Shown: positions 1 through 7,787, counted from the first letter of the stretch. The stretch: DNA of 32,000 nucleotides from Opitutales bacterium (GCA_049606355.1 JBMYVL010000008.1:30001-62000), one strand, 5' to 3'. Numbers and translations are program-made. Notes: a model not told the origin generated them from the sequence alone.

Positions 1-906
1 CTCAGTGAATCCGCTGGTATCCAAACGCTGTAACAGTGCGTAGAGGTTGCGCGCACATTCCCGTGCATCACCGTCTTCAGATAACCAGTAGATCGAGTCG
101 TCGCCGTCAACCAGATCTGGCTTTGATTGAAAAATGATGGCAGTTTGTCGACTCCCTTGCGCGCTGGGAGTGGCGCTCGCCCCAAATAGATGTACCTGTG
201 CGGTTGGACTGTAGTGCTTTGCCAGTAAGCCCGGAGCTGTCTGCGCTCCCGTTTTATTTGCCTGGTGCGTTCCATCAATGACTGCCTGCCCTAAGCAGTC
301 TTCGATCGCCTCGATATGGATCGGTCCATGGCGTAGGATTGTCGGTTTCGCGGAGTCGCGAATATCGAGAATAGTCGATTCGAGCCCATGCTGACATGGA
401 CCGCCGTCAAGGACTGTTGCAACTTTATGCCCTAAGGTATTCCTGACATGCTCCGCGCAGGTCGGACTGACATAGCCAAATGGATTTGCGCTGGGTGCAG
501 CCAGCGGAAAGTCTAATTGCTCCAGTAAGCTGCGGAAAATCTCATGATGAGGCACCCGCACCGCAACACTGTCTAAACCGGCAGTAACGATGGCTGGAAT
601 GCTGGGCTTTTTCTTAACGATGAGGGTCATTGGCCCGGGCCAGAACGCCGTGGCGAGTGGCTCGAAGTTAAGGGGCGCTTCAATATGTTCGAGGGCAGCT
701 GCTGGATGTGCGCAGTGAACGATGAGAGGGTCGATGAGTGGTCGACCTTTGATTGAAAAAATTTTGCGGGCACTGCTTTCGCTGAGCGCATTTCCGGCGA
801 GTCCATATACGGTTTCGGTGGGTACGCCGATCACCTCACCTTCACTCAATCGTCGTGCGCAGTCGCGGAGATGTTCCTGCGTCGGTTTCAATAGAGTGCA
901 TTTCAT
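1..906 (-). CDS. tsaC: L-threonylcarbamoyladenylate synthase (Sua5/YwlC/TsaC family), C-terminus cut by the window edge
   Basis: Absent from the ORF track because it is open at the window edge. My minus-strand translation from ATG at 906..904 gives MKCTLLKPTQEHLRDCARRLSEGEVIGVPTETVYGLAGNALSESSARKIFSIKGRPLIDPLIVH..FWPGPMTLIVKK..VAVRVPHH..LAAPSANPFGYVSPT. It carries the YrdC/Sua5 motifs PTETVYGL, KGRP, PGPxT and APSAN. The frame stays open for 302 codons to position 1, into a Sua5-type C-terminal extension. Confidence 0.8.
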   Translation of the reverse strand, partial: MKCTLLKPTQEHLRDCARRLSEGEVIGVPTETVYGLAGNALSESSARKIFSIKGRPLIDPLIVHCAHPAAALEHIEAPLNFEPLATAFWPGPMTLIVKKKPSIPAIVTAGLDSVAVRVPHHEIFRSLLEQLDFPLAAPSANPFGYVSPTCAEHVRNTLGHKVATVLDGGPCQHGLESTILDIRDSAKPTILRHGPIHIEAIEDCLGQAVIDGTHQANKTGAQTAPGLLAKHYSPTAQVHLFGASATPSAQGSRQTAIIFQSKPDLVDGDDSIYWLSEDGDARECARNLYALLQRLDTSGFTE

Positions 907-930
907 AGTTGGAAGCTTAGGGAGTGGGTA

Positions 931-960
931 TAAAAAATCCTTCCTCGTATGAGGAAGGAC
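931..960 (-). terminator. Rho-independent terminator downstream of rpsR
   Basis: Perfect 9-bp stem TCCTTCCTC (938-946) / GAGGAAGGA (951-959) with a 4-nt loop. On the minus strand it is followed by a T-run (plus-strand A6 at 932-937). It lies 28 nt past the rpsR stop. Confidence 0.55.
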
Positions 961-987
961 CCGTTAAAAATCGCTTCGTAAGCGAAC

Positions 988-1185
988 TTACTTCATCGTC
1001 AGCATGTTGCGCGCACGCTTGATTAAGTTCGTGACGCGGCGCTGGTGCTTGGCAGATAAGCCCGTATCTTTGCGTGGCAGGATCTTGCCCGTCTCAGTCA
1101 CAAAGCGCGAAAGCTGGTCCACATCCATGTAAGTAAAGTCCATGGGATTGCGAGAGCGATTGGGTGTCTTGGATTCAGTGCTCAT
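988..1185 (-). CDS. rpsR: 30S ribosomal protein S18
   Basis: The ORF-track protein contains [37 protein letters not shown]. This aligns with the conserved S18 core (E. coli [34 protein letters not shown]). I prefer the internal ATG at 1185 ([12 protein letters not shown]..) over the TTG at 1227. Confidence 0.85.
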   Translation of the reverse strand: MSTESKTPNRSRNPMDFTYMDVDQLSRFVTETGKILPRKDTGLSAKHQRRVTNLIKRARNMLTMK

Positions 1186-1300
1186 AATAGAAACGCGGAA
1201 AAGTAGGCGTTTGTAAGTCCAGTGCAAGGAAAATTTATAGCCCCATCACTTAAATCCAAACTTGTCGGTCGATCCCTGACAGCTAGCTTGAACCCATTGG

Positions 1301-1376
<76 letters not shown>

Positions 1377-1453
1377 AGTGGCCACTCTAATTGCACGCTC
1401 GCCCGCAAAAATCCTTTTGCAACTCTGTACTTGTGCCCTTGTCATGGCAGCGA

Positions 1454-4090
1454 ATGTGGAATTTGTTTAGTCAGTATCGAGCCTATTCGATAAGGTGCCT
1501 GTTTGCTCTTGTGGTGCCGTTTGTGCATCCTGTTGCTGTGGTGGCACAGGCGCCGTTACTCACCGATGCCACGCAAGAGAGTGGTATTGAGGCAGGCGTC
1601 TTGGATGATTGGAAGCGTCGGGCAGCCGAGCAAGCTTTGCACGTTGGCATGCCCAGTATCGCGGAGCAAATTTACCGCGAATTGTTGACCGCAGGCGATC
1701 GCACCGAGGTTCAGCTCGCAGAGCTCCACGTCCAGCTGGCGGCAGCCTATATTGCACAACAGCGTTTCGACGCTGCTCTAGCAGCGCTTCGGGAAGTGCC
1801 ACACGATCAACAACGGTCGGTCTTCTGGTTGTATGCGTCGGTAGCTCAGTATGGATACGGTCTGGAGGTCGATTATGGAGCACTTCGCGCCGCACTTGCG
1901 AAAGTCAACCAGGTCGAGCTGCTGCCGACCGATCGTCCATGGTATTTTCTGATGGAGGGACTCGTTGAAGAGGGTAGCGCTGGCCAACCCGCTGCGATTG
2001 AGGCAGCTTGGTCTCGTGCGGTCGCAGCGGCCAGTTCAGAGGTACAGGCGGCATTTTTTCGGAGTTTAATTGTCCGCCAAAAGTTAATGAGTGCGTCCAC
2101 TGACGAAGCTTTAGTGGCTGAGATGCGTGCCCAACTGGAGCGACTGGACGGAGCGGCGGCATTTGCCTACGCTCGGGAATACGCGGTCTTGCTCTACAAT
2201 ATGCTGCGTCGAGACGAAGCGATCGCAGTGATCGACGCGCAACTCGACAATGCGGCTGCTGGTTACGGCGCGCGTGCGCGTGAACAACTTCGCTTAGTGC
2301 GTGCGATGATGATTGGTGCGAATGCCCCTGAAGGACGCCTGGCACTGCGGGAGCTGGTTCGCAGTGGGCAAGATCGAGCGGTCATGGAGGTTGCCTTGCA
2401 GCTGCTGGCGCGCGCAGACAATGCAGAGGGTGAATTATCCGATTTCCTAAACGAAATGATCACTCGTTCCGAGGCGCACCCATTACTTGGACAGATGTAC
2501 TATATGCGCTGTCAGCTAGCGCTGTTCAGGAATGAGATTGCCGTGGCCGAAGCGGATGCGCGCTACTTGCTGGAGCAGTTTCCGGGGATGAGTCAGATAA
2601 CGAATGTGTATCAATTGCTTGCGTATGCCGCCTTGCAACGCACGCCTCCGCAATACCGCACTGCGGCCAATCTCTTGTCTCAACTGCGTGATCAAAGCGA
2701 GTCATTGCAGGAGCAAGCGCTGCTCAATAAGTGGATTGGGGATTGTTATTTCCTGAATCAGGATTACGCGAATGCCGCGGATTTTTATCGTGCGGCGCAG
2801 GCGGTGAGTGACTCGGACAGTGGCCTGCAGGACGAACTTTTCTTACGGATTGTGACTGCGGATGTTCGCTCGGGTGACTTAACGGCAGCAATTGACTATT
2901 TAGAATCGGTCTCTGCGGTCAGTGACTCGGTCAGTGTGCGCCAGCGCTGGCAAGCCGAGTGGAATATCGCGCAGGCATTGCAAGCACAGGGTAAACTGGA
3001 CACGGCGCTGGAGCGTATTCGGCAGTTGTTGCAGACCAGCGGGGATCGTTCGGTACCCGTAGCGCTTGATTTACGCCTACGCTGGTTGTCTGGAAGACTG
3101 GCGTTATTGTTGGGAGAGGTCGACGGCTTAAATGAAGCAATTGAGGCGCTGCAGCAGCGAGTGGCATCATTACCCGTCGGAATGCTCGACGAGTCAGAAG
3201 CGGCATTGCTCACCACGGAATTATTATTTCTTCAGGCAGAAGCCTTCCTGCGTCTGGGCGATGCTACCGGAGGCATTGAAGTCTTGCTGCGCTTACGCGA
3301 GGCATATCCACAAAGCGATGCAGCAGAACGATCCTACTTAGCGGAAGCCCAGCACCACGCCACTTTAGGTGATTTCAAAACTGCCCAAGAGACGCTCCTG
3401 TCTTTAACCCGTTTATATCCCAAGAGTCGCCTCGCGGCGCAGGCCTTGTTTGAGGCGGCACTTTATTGCGAGCAACGTGGTGTGGATTCTTTTGCCGATG
3501 CGGTTCGCTTGCATAATGACTTTGTAGAGCGCTTCCCGGACGATGCCTTGCTGTTTTCTGCGCGTTTAAAGCAGGGTGATTTACTGCGGCGTATGAATGA
3601 CTTTGCCGGTGCGCAGATCGTCTATGAGACGCTTATTTATCGTTTCCCAAACCACACCGAGCGTTTTGTCGCGGAGTTATCACGTGCCGAATGTTTGTTG
3701 GCGCTCGCAAACAATGAGGCGGGGCAACTGGAGGAAGTGGCGTCGATACTGGAGCGATTGATGGACTTGCCGAATATTCCCGTCGATTTTCAGATGGAGA
3801 TTGTTTACAAGTGGGCTTTTTCACTCACGCAGATGGAGGCCAGGGAGCGAGCGCGTGCAGTCTATTTTATGGCTGTGGAGCGCTTCCTTATCAATGCGAG
3901 TGCGGCGGATCGCCTCGGTGTGACTGGGCGTTATTGGGCTGGGCGTGCGATGCTGGATCTCGGAGCACTTCTTGAGGAGAGTGGTGCGCTCACCGAGGCG
4001 CGCAAAATTTACCGCCAATTGCAGGCATATGATTTGCCGGGAAGAAGCCTTGCGGAGTCACGCGCGCGTCGCTTGCCCTTAATCGACTAG
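1454..4090 (+). CDS. Secreted tetratricopeptide-repeat (TPR) protein, ~880 aa
   Basis: Long uninterrupted ORF. The N-terminus from ATG 1454 (MWNLFSQYRAYSIRCLFALVVPFVHPVAVVAQA/PLL) looks like a signal peptide. The rest is Ala/Leu-rich with recurring helical-repeat signatures such as YxxAxxxYxxL, GDxxxAxxxL and YPxS. The TTG at 1391 in the track starts only 16 nt after the tRNA and is less likely. Confidence 0.7.
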   Translation: MWNLFSQYRAYSIRCLFALVVPFVHPVAVVAQAPLLTDATQESGIEAGVLDDWKRRAAEQALHVGMPSIAEQIYRELLTAGDRTEVQLAELHVQLAAAYIAQQRFDAALAALREVPHDQQRSVFWLYASVAQYGYGLEVDYGALRAALAKVNQVELLPTDRPWYFLMEGLVEEGSAGQPAAIEAAWSRAVAAASSEVQAAFFRSLIVRQKLMSASTDEALVAEMRAQLERLDGAAAFAYAREYAVLLYNMLRRDEAIAVIDAQLDNAAAGYGARAREQLRLVRAMMIGANAPEGRLALRELVRSGQDRAVMEVALQLLARADNAEGELSDFLNEMITRSEAHPLLGQMYYMRCQLALFRNEIAVAEADARYLLEQFPGMSQITNVYQLLAYAALQRTPPQYRTAANLLSQLRDQSESLQEQALLNKWIGDCYFLNQDYANAADFYRAAQAVSDSDSGLQDELFLRIVTADVRSGDLTAAIDYLESVSAVSDSVSVRQRWQAEWNIAQALQAQGKLDTALERIRQLLQTSGDRSVPVALDLRLRWLSGRLALLLGEVDGLNEAIEALQQRVASLPVGMLDESEAALLTTELLFLQAEAFLRLGDATGGIEVLLRLREAYPQSDAAERSYLAEAQHHATLGDFKTAQETLLSLTRLYPKSRLAAQALFEAALYCEQRGVDSFADAVRLHNDFVERFPDDALLFSARLKQGDLLRRMNDFAGAQIVYETLIYRFPNHTERFVAELSRAECLLALANNEAGQLEEVASILERLMDLPNIPVDFQMEIVYKWAFSLTQMEARERARAVYFMAVERFLINASAADRLGVTGRYWAGRAMLDLGALLEESGALTEARKIYRQLQAYDLPGRSLAESRARRLPLID

Positions 4091-4116
4091 TTGAACTTAC
4101 ATTTATTCTTGTATCC

Positions 4117-4782
4117 ATGGAAACACTACAAACGACATTTATCATTCAGGGCGGTCCGGTTATGTACCCGCTGCTCTTGGTTAGCTTGCTTGGGTTTATA
4201 CTCTTCATTGAGCGGGCCTTGTTTTTGCATAAGGGGCAAATCGGCACGGAAGATTTTCTGAGTGGCATTCGTAATCTGGTCGGCAAAAAGCGCTTGGTCG
4301 AGGCGTTGACGCTATGCGAGGAAACGCCCGGCCCCTTAGCGCGAATCGTCAAAGCAGCACTATTGCATTTCGGGGAAGCGCGCCTGCAAATTGCGAGTGC
4401 GATTCAAGCCGCTGCCATTATTGAGTTACCTCGCCTCGAACGGCGACTTGGCACGATTGCCGTCATTGCGCGGATTGCGCCCCTACTTGGATTTTTAGGG
4501 ACACTAATCGCCGCGCTGCAAGCGCTCTATATTTTGGAAGCTGCGAATGCCGATAGTGCGCGCTTCAGTCAATTGCTGGCCGAGGCACTGATTACATCTG
4601 CAACCGGACTGGCGATTGCGGTGATGGGCACGCTTGCGCATCACTTTTTATTGGGTCGCGTGCGTGCCATACTTCATGACATCGAGTGGGTCGGGCATGA
4701 CATCCTTGAGTTTTTAACGGTCCGAGAGGCAGCGAGCGAGCCCGCGTCAGCCTCGGAACGGTCATCACAAGCAGCTGAATGA
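4117..4782 (+). CDS. exbB: MotA/TolQ/ExbB proton-channel family protein
   Basis: Three predicted TM helices. N-terminus GGPVMYPLLLVSLLGFILFIERALFL. C-terminal half IARIAPLLGFLGTLIAALQA..ALITSATGLAIAVMGTLAHHFL is typical of the family. It starts 26 nt after the TPR gene, and its stop overlaps the next start (ATGA). Confidence 0.85.
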   Translation: METLQTTFIIQGGPVMYPLLLVSLLGFILFIERALFLHKGQIGTEDFLSGIRNLVGKKRLVEALTLCEETPGPLARIVKAALLHFGEARLQIASAIQAAAIIELPRLERRLGTIAVIARIAPLLGFLGTLIAALQALYILEAANADSARFSQLLAEALITSATGLAIAVMGTLAHHFLLGRVRAILHDIEWVGHDILEFLTVREAASEPASASERSSQAAE

Positions 4783-5306
4783 AGGAACTGAGCTCAACCC
4801 CGGTGCCTGAGGCCACGCCAGACTTTAGACCAGTTACAGACTGGCTGGATCTGAAGGGTCGCGTCCGGCAGCCAAAGTTTAAATTGGATGTGATTCCAGT
4901 TTTGGATCTCCTGACGCTGGCTCTGTTGATGAGTTTATTGTTCACGCGCTTTGTGATTTCGCCGGGGGTACGAGTGGATTTGCCGCAAACAGATCTGCGC
5001 ATGCAGCACTCCGCTGTGCCTGTCTGCGTTCTAACCATTGAAAATGAGGGCATGCTCTTTTATGAAGGGCGTGTGTATGAATTGAGTACCATTGAGCGCG
5101 CTTTCGCCGATTATATTGCCAGGCAGGAGGAGGAGGCGCCCGTGCTATTGATTAAGCCACAGGCGAAGATGGAGTTGGCCGGCTTCCTGGATTTGTGCCG
5201 CATGGCGCAAGAGGCAGGGTTCAGCCAAGTTCAAATAGCCGGCCAGAAGAAAGCAGCGGTTGAAGAACTCCACATCAATGGCCGCCCATTACCACCACTC
5301 GACTGA
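4779..5306 (+). CDS. exbD: ExbD/TolR family biopolymer transport protein
   Basis: Single N-terminal TM helix with the conserved Asp (LDVIPVLDLLTLALLMSLLF). This is followed by a periplasmic domain (ISPGVRVDLP..LLIKPQAKMELAGFLDLCRMAQEAGF). It overlaps exbB by 4 nt and the next gene by 1 nt. Confidence 0.8.
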   Translation: MKELSSTPVPEATPDFRPVTDWLDLKGRVRQPKFKLDVIPVLDLLTLALLMSLLFTRFVISPGVRVDLPQTDLRMQHSAVPVCVLTIENEGMLFYEGRVYELSTIERAFADYIARQEEEAPVLLIKPQAKMELAGFLDLCRMAQEAGFSQVQIAGQKKAAVEELHINGRPLPPLD

Positions 5307-6058
5307 TGGCTGCCGCTGCGCAAATGGATCAGCGGGCGCGGCAATGGTTGTTGTCGCCTGTGTTACGCATCGCGCTAGCGGTCGGTCTGGCCATTCATTT
5401 AATCGGATTTCTCGTTTTTCGTGTCGCTTCCCATCGCTTGCCGACGGGTGAGGCGAGCCCTGCTTTTCTGCGCTACGTATCGACGCTTCCGAATCAGGCG
5501 ATGGGCCAGATTGAAGAGCAGGCACTGTTGTTTGATTCTGCGCCGCTCTTTATCCCGACTCAATGGAATGGCGCGCAAACTTTGTATACGGACCGCAGTT
5601 TCAGCAGTGGCGTTGAATTGAGCCAGTTCGAGCCACCAATCGATTTGCTCAGTGCGTTAGCCCCAGCGAATGTATCGCTCACGCTGGAGAACCGAGTGGT
5701 CGAGCCAGTGGATTTACTCGACTCCCGCTTCTGGGACTTCTTCGTCGATTTCGGTGCGGTGCACAAAGAAGTACGGCCCTACGTGAATTTAGGACCGACG
5801 GCGATGGTTCGAGCCATCGGCGGCACTTCGGTGCAACTGCCGGCTGCACTCGAGTGGCCGGCGGACGAGCCTCCGCCGGGGCCAGTACGTTTTTACCTTC
5901 ATCAAGCCGGCACGGGTCGCCGCTTGAGTGGCCCGACCCTGGCACAGTCGTCGGAGAGCGCTGCATTTGATCAAGCGGTGCAGGCTTGGTTGAATCATCC
6001 GCAGACGCGGGCGCAGTTACCCTCGGGGTATTTAGAAGTCACCGTTTACCCGGAGTAA
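5306..6058 (+). CDS. Hypothetical membrane-anchored protein, divergent TonB/TolA-like (by position and weak C-terminal similarity)
   Basis: One N-terminal TM helix containing His (LRIALAVGLAIHLIGFLVFRV). No Pro-rich spacer. The C-terminal segment GPVRFYLHQAGTGRRLSGPTLAQSSESAAFDQAVQAWLNH resembles the TonB_C pattern G.V.v.f.v...G.v.....v..SSG...lD.aA..av. Its start is coupled to the exbD stop (TGATG). Confidence 0.45.
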   Translation: MAAAAQMDQRARQWLLSPVLRIALAVGLAIHLIGFLVFRVASHRLPTGEASPAFLRYVSTLPNQAMGQIEEQALLFDSAPLFIPTQWNGAQTLYTDRSFSSGVELSQFEPPIDLLSALAPANVSLTLENRVVEPVDLLDSRFWDFFVDFGAVHKEVRPYVNLGPTAMVRAIGGTSVQLPAALEWPADEPPPGPVRFYLHQAGTGRRLSGPTLAQSSESAAFDQAVQAWLNHPQTRAQLPSGYLEVTVYPE

Positions 6059-6120
6059 TTCTTGCGAGTCGATTTCAAAACAAAGCTACCGGTAACTTCG
6101 CGGTTGCGAGAAGCCGTCGA

Positions 6121-6651
6121 ATGTCGCTAGTTGTAAGGCGCATGGGGCAAACAGAGGATCAGATTTCAACGCAGGTCGACGAGGCGGCACCGCCGCTGCT
6201 GGAGCAAGTTGCGAACTTGGCTGCGGCCTGCACCGAACGTCCCTCATGGGATAGTTATTTTATGGCGACCGCGATGCTGATGGCGACGCGCTCCAGTTGT
6301 GAGCGCTTGCATGTCGGCTGTGTCGTGGTCTCCGGTGGGCTGCAAAAAAATCGTATCATTGCAGCCGGCTACAATGGATTTTTGCCGGGTGCTCCGCATA
6401 TTTCCCGCGTGCGTGAAGGCCATGAGCAGGCGACCGTGCATGCCGAGCAAAATGCGATTAGCGACGCCGCACGGCGCGGTGTATCACTGGATGGCGCCTG
6501 CGTCTACATCACGCATTACCCGTGCATCAATTGTGCGAAAATTCTCGCTGCTGCCGGCATTGCGCAGATTAAATACTACCATGATTACCGCAACGATGCG
6601 CTCGTCAAAGATCTGCTTCTCGAGAGTGGCGTCGACATCGAAAAACTTTAA
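6121..6651 (+). CDS. dCMP deaminase (ComEB-type cytidine/deoxycytidylate deaminase)
   Basis: RPSWDSYFMATAMLMATRSSCERLHVGCVVV, the zinc motifs HAEQNA and PCINCAK, and ITHYPC. The track start at 5986 overlaps the upstream gene. ATG 6121 or 6142 is more plausible, and the exact start is uncertain. Confidence 0.8.
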   Translation: MSLVVRRMGQTEDQISTQVDEAAPPLLEQVANLAAACTERPSWDSYFMATAMLMATRSSCERLHVGCVVVSGGLQKNRIIAAGYNGFLPGAPHISRVREGHEQATVHAEQNAISDAARRGVSLDGACVYITHYPCINCAKILAAAGIAQIKYYHDYRNDALVKDLLLESGVDIEKL

Positions 6652-6660
6652 CCAAGAGTG

Positions 6661-7242
6661 ATGCGCCGATTCTCCAACGACAGTCATAACCGCATACAGC
6701 AGGATCAAGTGTTGACTGGGTCACTGCTGCTGGCGCATCCGACGCTGCAGGACACGAATTTCCGGCAAGCAGTGGTGCTCTTGACCGCGCATTCAGGCGC
6801 GGAGGGTGCCTTGGGGGTGGTGGTCAACCGGCCGCTGCACAAGACCCTCGGTGACTATGAACCTGCGCTGAGTGATTCGGAATTTGCTCAGGTGCCACTT
6901 TATGATGGGGGCCCCGTGGCGCAGGATCAGTTGATCCTAGTCGCTTGGAAATGGGCGGATGCAGAGGCTGCCTTTAAGCTCTATTTTGGAATTGATGAAA
7001 AAAAGGCAGCTTCCCTGTTGGCGGCCGATGCAGGCTATCAATTTCGCGGCTTTTTAGGGCATTCCGGATGGGGCAAGGGGCAGCTCGAAGACGAACTCGA
7101 TGGCAATGCTTGGCTGGTCTCGCCACTGGCCAAAGAGATCGAGGATCAGGCTGGTACCCATGTCTGGCGGCGGATTTTACGCCGAGTCAGTCCCAGGATG
7201 CAGTTGTTGGCCGATGAGCCGGATGATTTGTCGCTCAATTAG
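6661..7242 (+). CDS. YqgE/AlgH family protein (UPF0301)
   Basis: GSLLLAHPTLQDTNFRQAVVLLTAHSGAEGALGVVVNRPL plus GGPV..LILV and GHSGWGKGQLEDEL..NAWL, the family signature. The start is ATG 6661 or the adjacent GTG 6658. Confidence 0.8.
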   Translation: MRRFSNDSHNRIQQDQVLTGSLLLAHPTLQDTNFRQAVVLLTAHSGAEGALGVVVNRPLHKTLGDYEPALSDSEFAQVPLYDGGPVAQDQLILVAWKWADAEAAFKLYFGIDEKKAASLLAADAGYQFRGFLGHSGWGKGQLEDELDGNAWLVSPLAKEIEDQAGTHVWRRILRRVSPRMQLLADEPDDLSLN

Positions 7243-7334
7243 TGTCTGAAATGAGCGGCGATTATTTCCGCCTTTGCCATTGACAGTGCAACACTCGCTC
7301 CTTTTTTTCTCCCATTCTCTCAATTTCTGTCGTC

Positions 7335-7460
7335 ATGAAAGTTGTATCTTCACTTAAATCTCTCAAAGACCGCCATCCGGATTGCCAAGTCGTTCGTCGG
7401 AAGGGCCGTGTCTACGTCATTTGTAAAACCAATCCGCGTTTTAAGGCGCGTCAGGGTTAG
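7335..7460 (+). CDS. rpmJ: 50S ribosomal protein L36, type 2 (YkgO-like, lacks the CxxC zinc motif)
   Basis: Below the ORF-track size cutoff and found by reading the sequence. It encodes [41 protein letters not shown] (41 aa, TAG at 7458-7460). This closely matches E. coli YkgO ([41 protein letters not shown]..). Confidence 0.85.
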   Translation: MKVVSSLKSLKDRHPDCQVVRRKGRVYVICKTNPRFKARQG

Positions 7461-7486
7461 CACTATTTTTCAAAAGGAACACACCT

Positions 7487-7732
7487 GTGAAAGCTGATAT
7501 CCATCCTAAGCTCAACCCAGTTGCCTTCGTCGACGTCTCGACCGGTACCAAATTCCTCACGCAATCGACGATGCGCGGTGGCAAGACTGAGGAAATTGAC
7601 GGTGTTGAACACCAAGTGGTCATTTGTGACATCACTGCCGACTCGCACCCTGCGTATACGGGTGAGAAGCGCTTCGTTGATACCGCAGGACGCGTGGAGA
7701 AATTCCAGTCCAAGTTCCGTCGCCGTCGTTAG
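7487..7732 (+). CDS. rpmE: 50S ribosomal protein L31, type B (no CxxC zinc ribbon)
   Basis: GTG start preceded by AAGGAA (7475-7480). The protein reads MKADIHPKLNPVAFVDVSTGTKFLTQST...ADSHPAYTGEKRFVDTAGRVEKFQSKF. This matches type-B L31 (YtiA/YkgM-like ..VVFLDSSTGFKFLSGST..SDSHPFYTG) and lacks the CxxC...CxxC of type A. Confidence 0.85.
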   Translation: MKADIHPKLNPVAFVDVSTGTKFLTQSTMRGGKTEEIDGVEHQVVICDITADSHPAYTGEKRFVDTAGRVEKFQSKFRRRR

Positions 7733-7756
7733 GCTACGAGCTGCAGCAATTTTTAA

Positions 7757-7784
7757 AGCCCCGCGAGATGCGGGGCTTTTTTTG
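7757..7784. terminator. Bidirectional rho-independent terminator between convergent rpmE and comEC
   Basis: Perfect 8-bp stem AGCCCCGC (7757-7764) / GCGGGGCT (7770-7777). It is followed by T7 on the plus strand and preceded by TTTTAAA (an A/T tract for the minus strand). comEC's stop is at 7788. Confidence 0.7.
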
Positions 7785-7787
7785 TGC

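Noticed and set aside
722-952. 76-aa plus-strand ORF
   Set aside because: It lies antisense to the N-terminal part of the Sua5/TsaC gene, which has clear family motifs, and it runs through the rpsR terminator hairpin.
1391-1453. TTG start extending the TPR ORF to 1391
   Set aside because: It would begin 16 nt after the tRNA 3' end and adds a non-signal-like leader. ATG 1454 gives a plausible signal peptide. The longest-ORF starts for dCMP deaminase (5986), the holin-like gene (10869), lpdA (11425), the exonuclease (12878), amt (14219), amtB (16219) and nuoJ (26315) were shortened by the same logic.
1503-4018. Numerous 60-146-aa ORFs in other frames and strands within the TPR gene, and similar sets inside exbB/exbD, comEC, rarA, nuoG, nuoH and nuoM
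   Set aside because: All are nested in longer ORFs with coherent protein features. Their compositions are Arg/Ser/Pro/Cys-rich as expected from off-frame GC-rich sequence, and none shows a motif I recognise.
7248-7268. GAAATGagcggcgatTATTTC inverted ends upstream of rpmJ as a possible Zur box, and TTGACA at 7280-7285 as a -35 element
   Set aside because: Only the outer 5 nt are palindromic, the GC-rich core is unlike known Zur operators, and the length is 21 rather than 23 nt. No acceptable -10 hexamer follows the TTGACA at 17 +/- 1 nt (the sequence there is TTTTTT). The evidence is not enough to annotate either.
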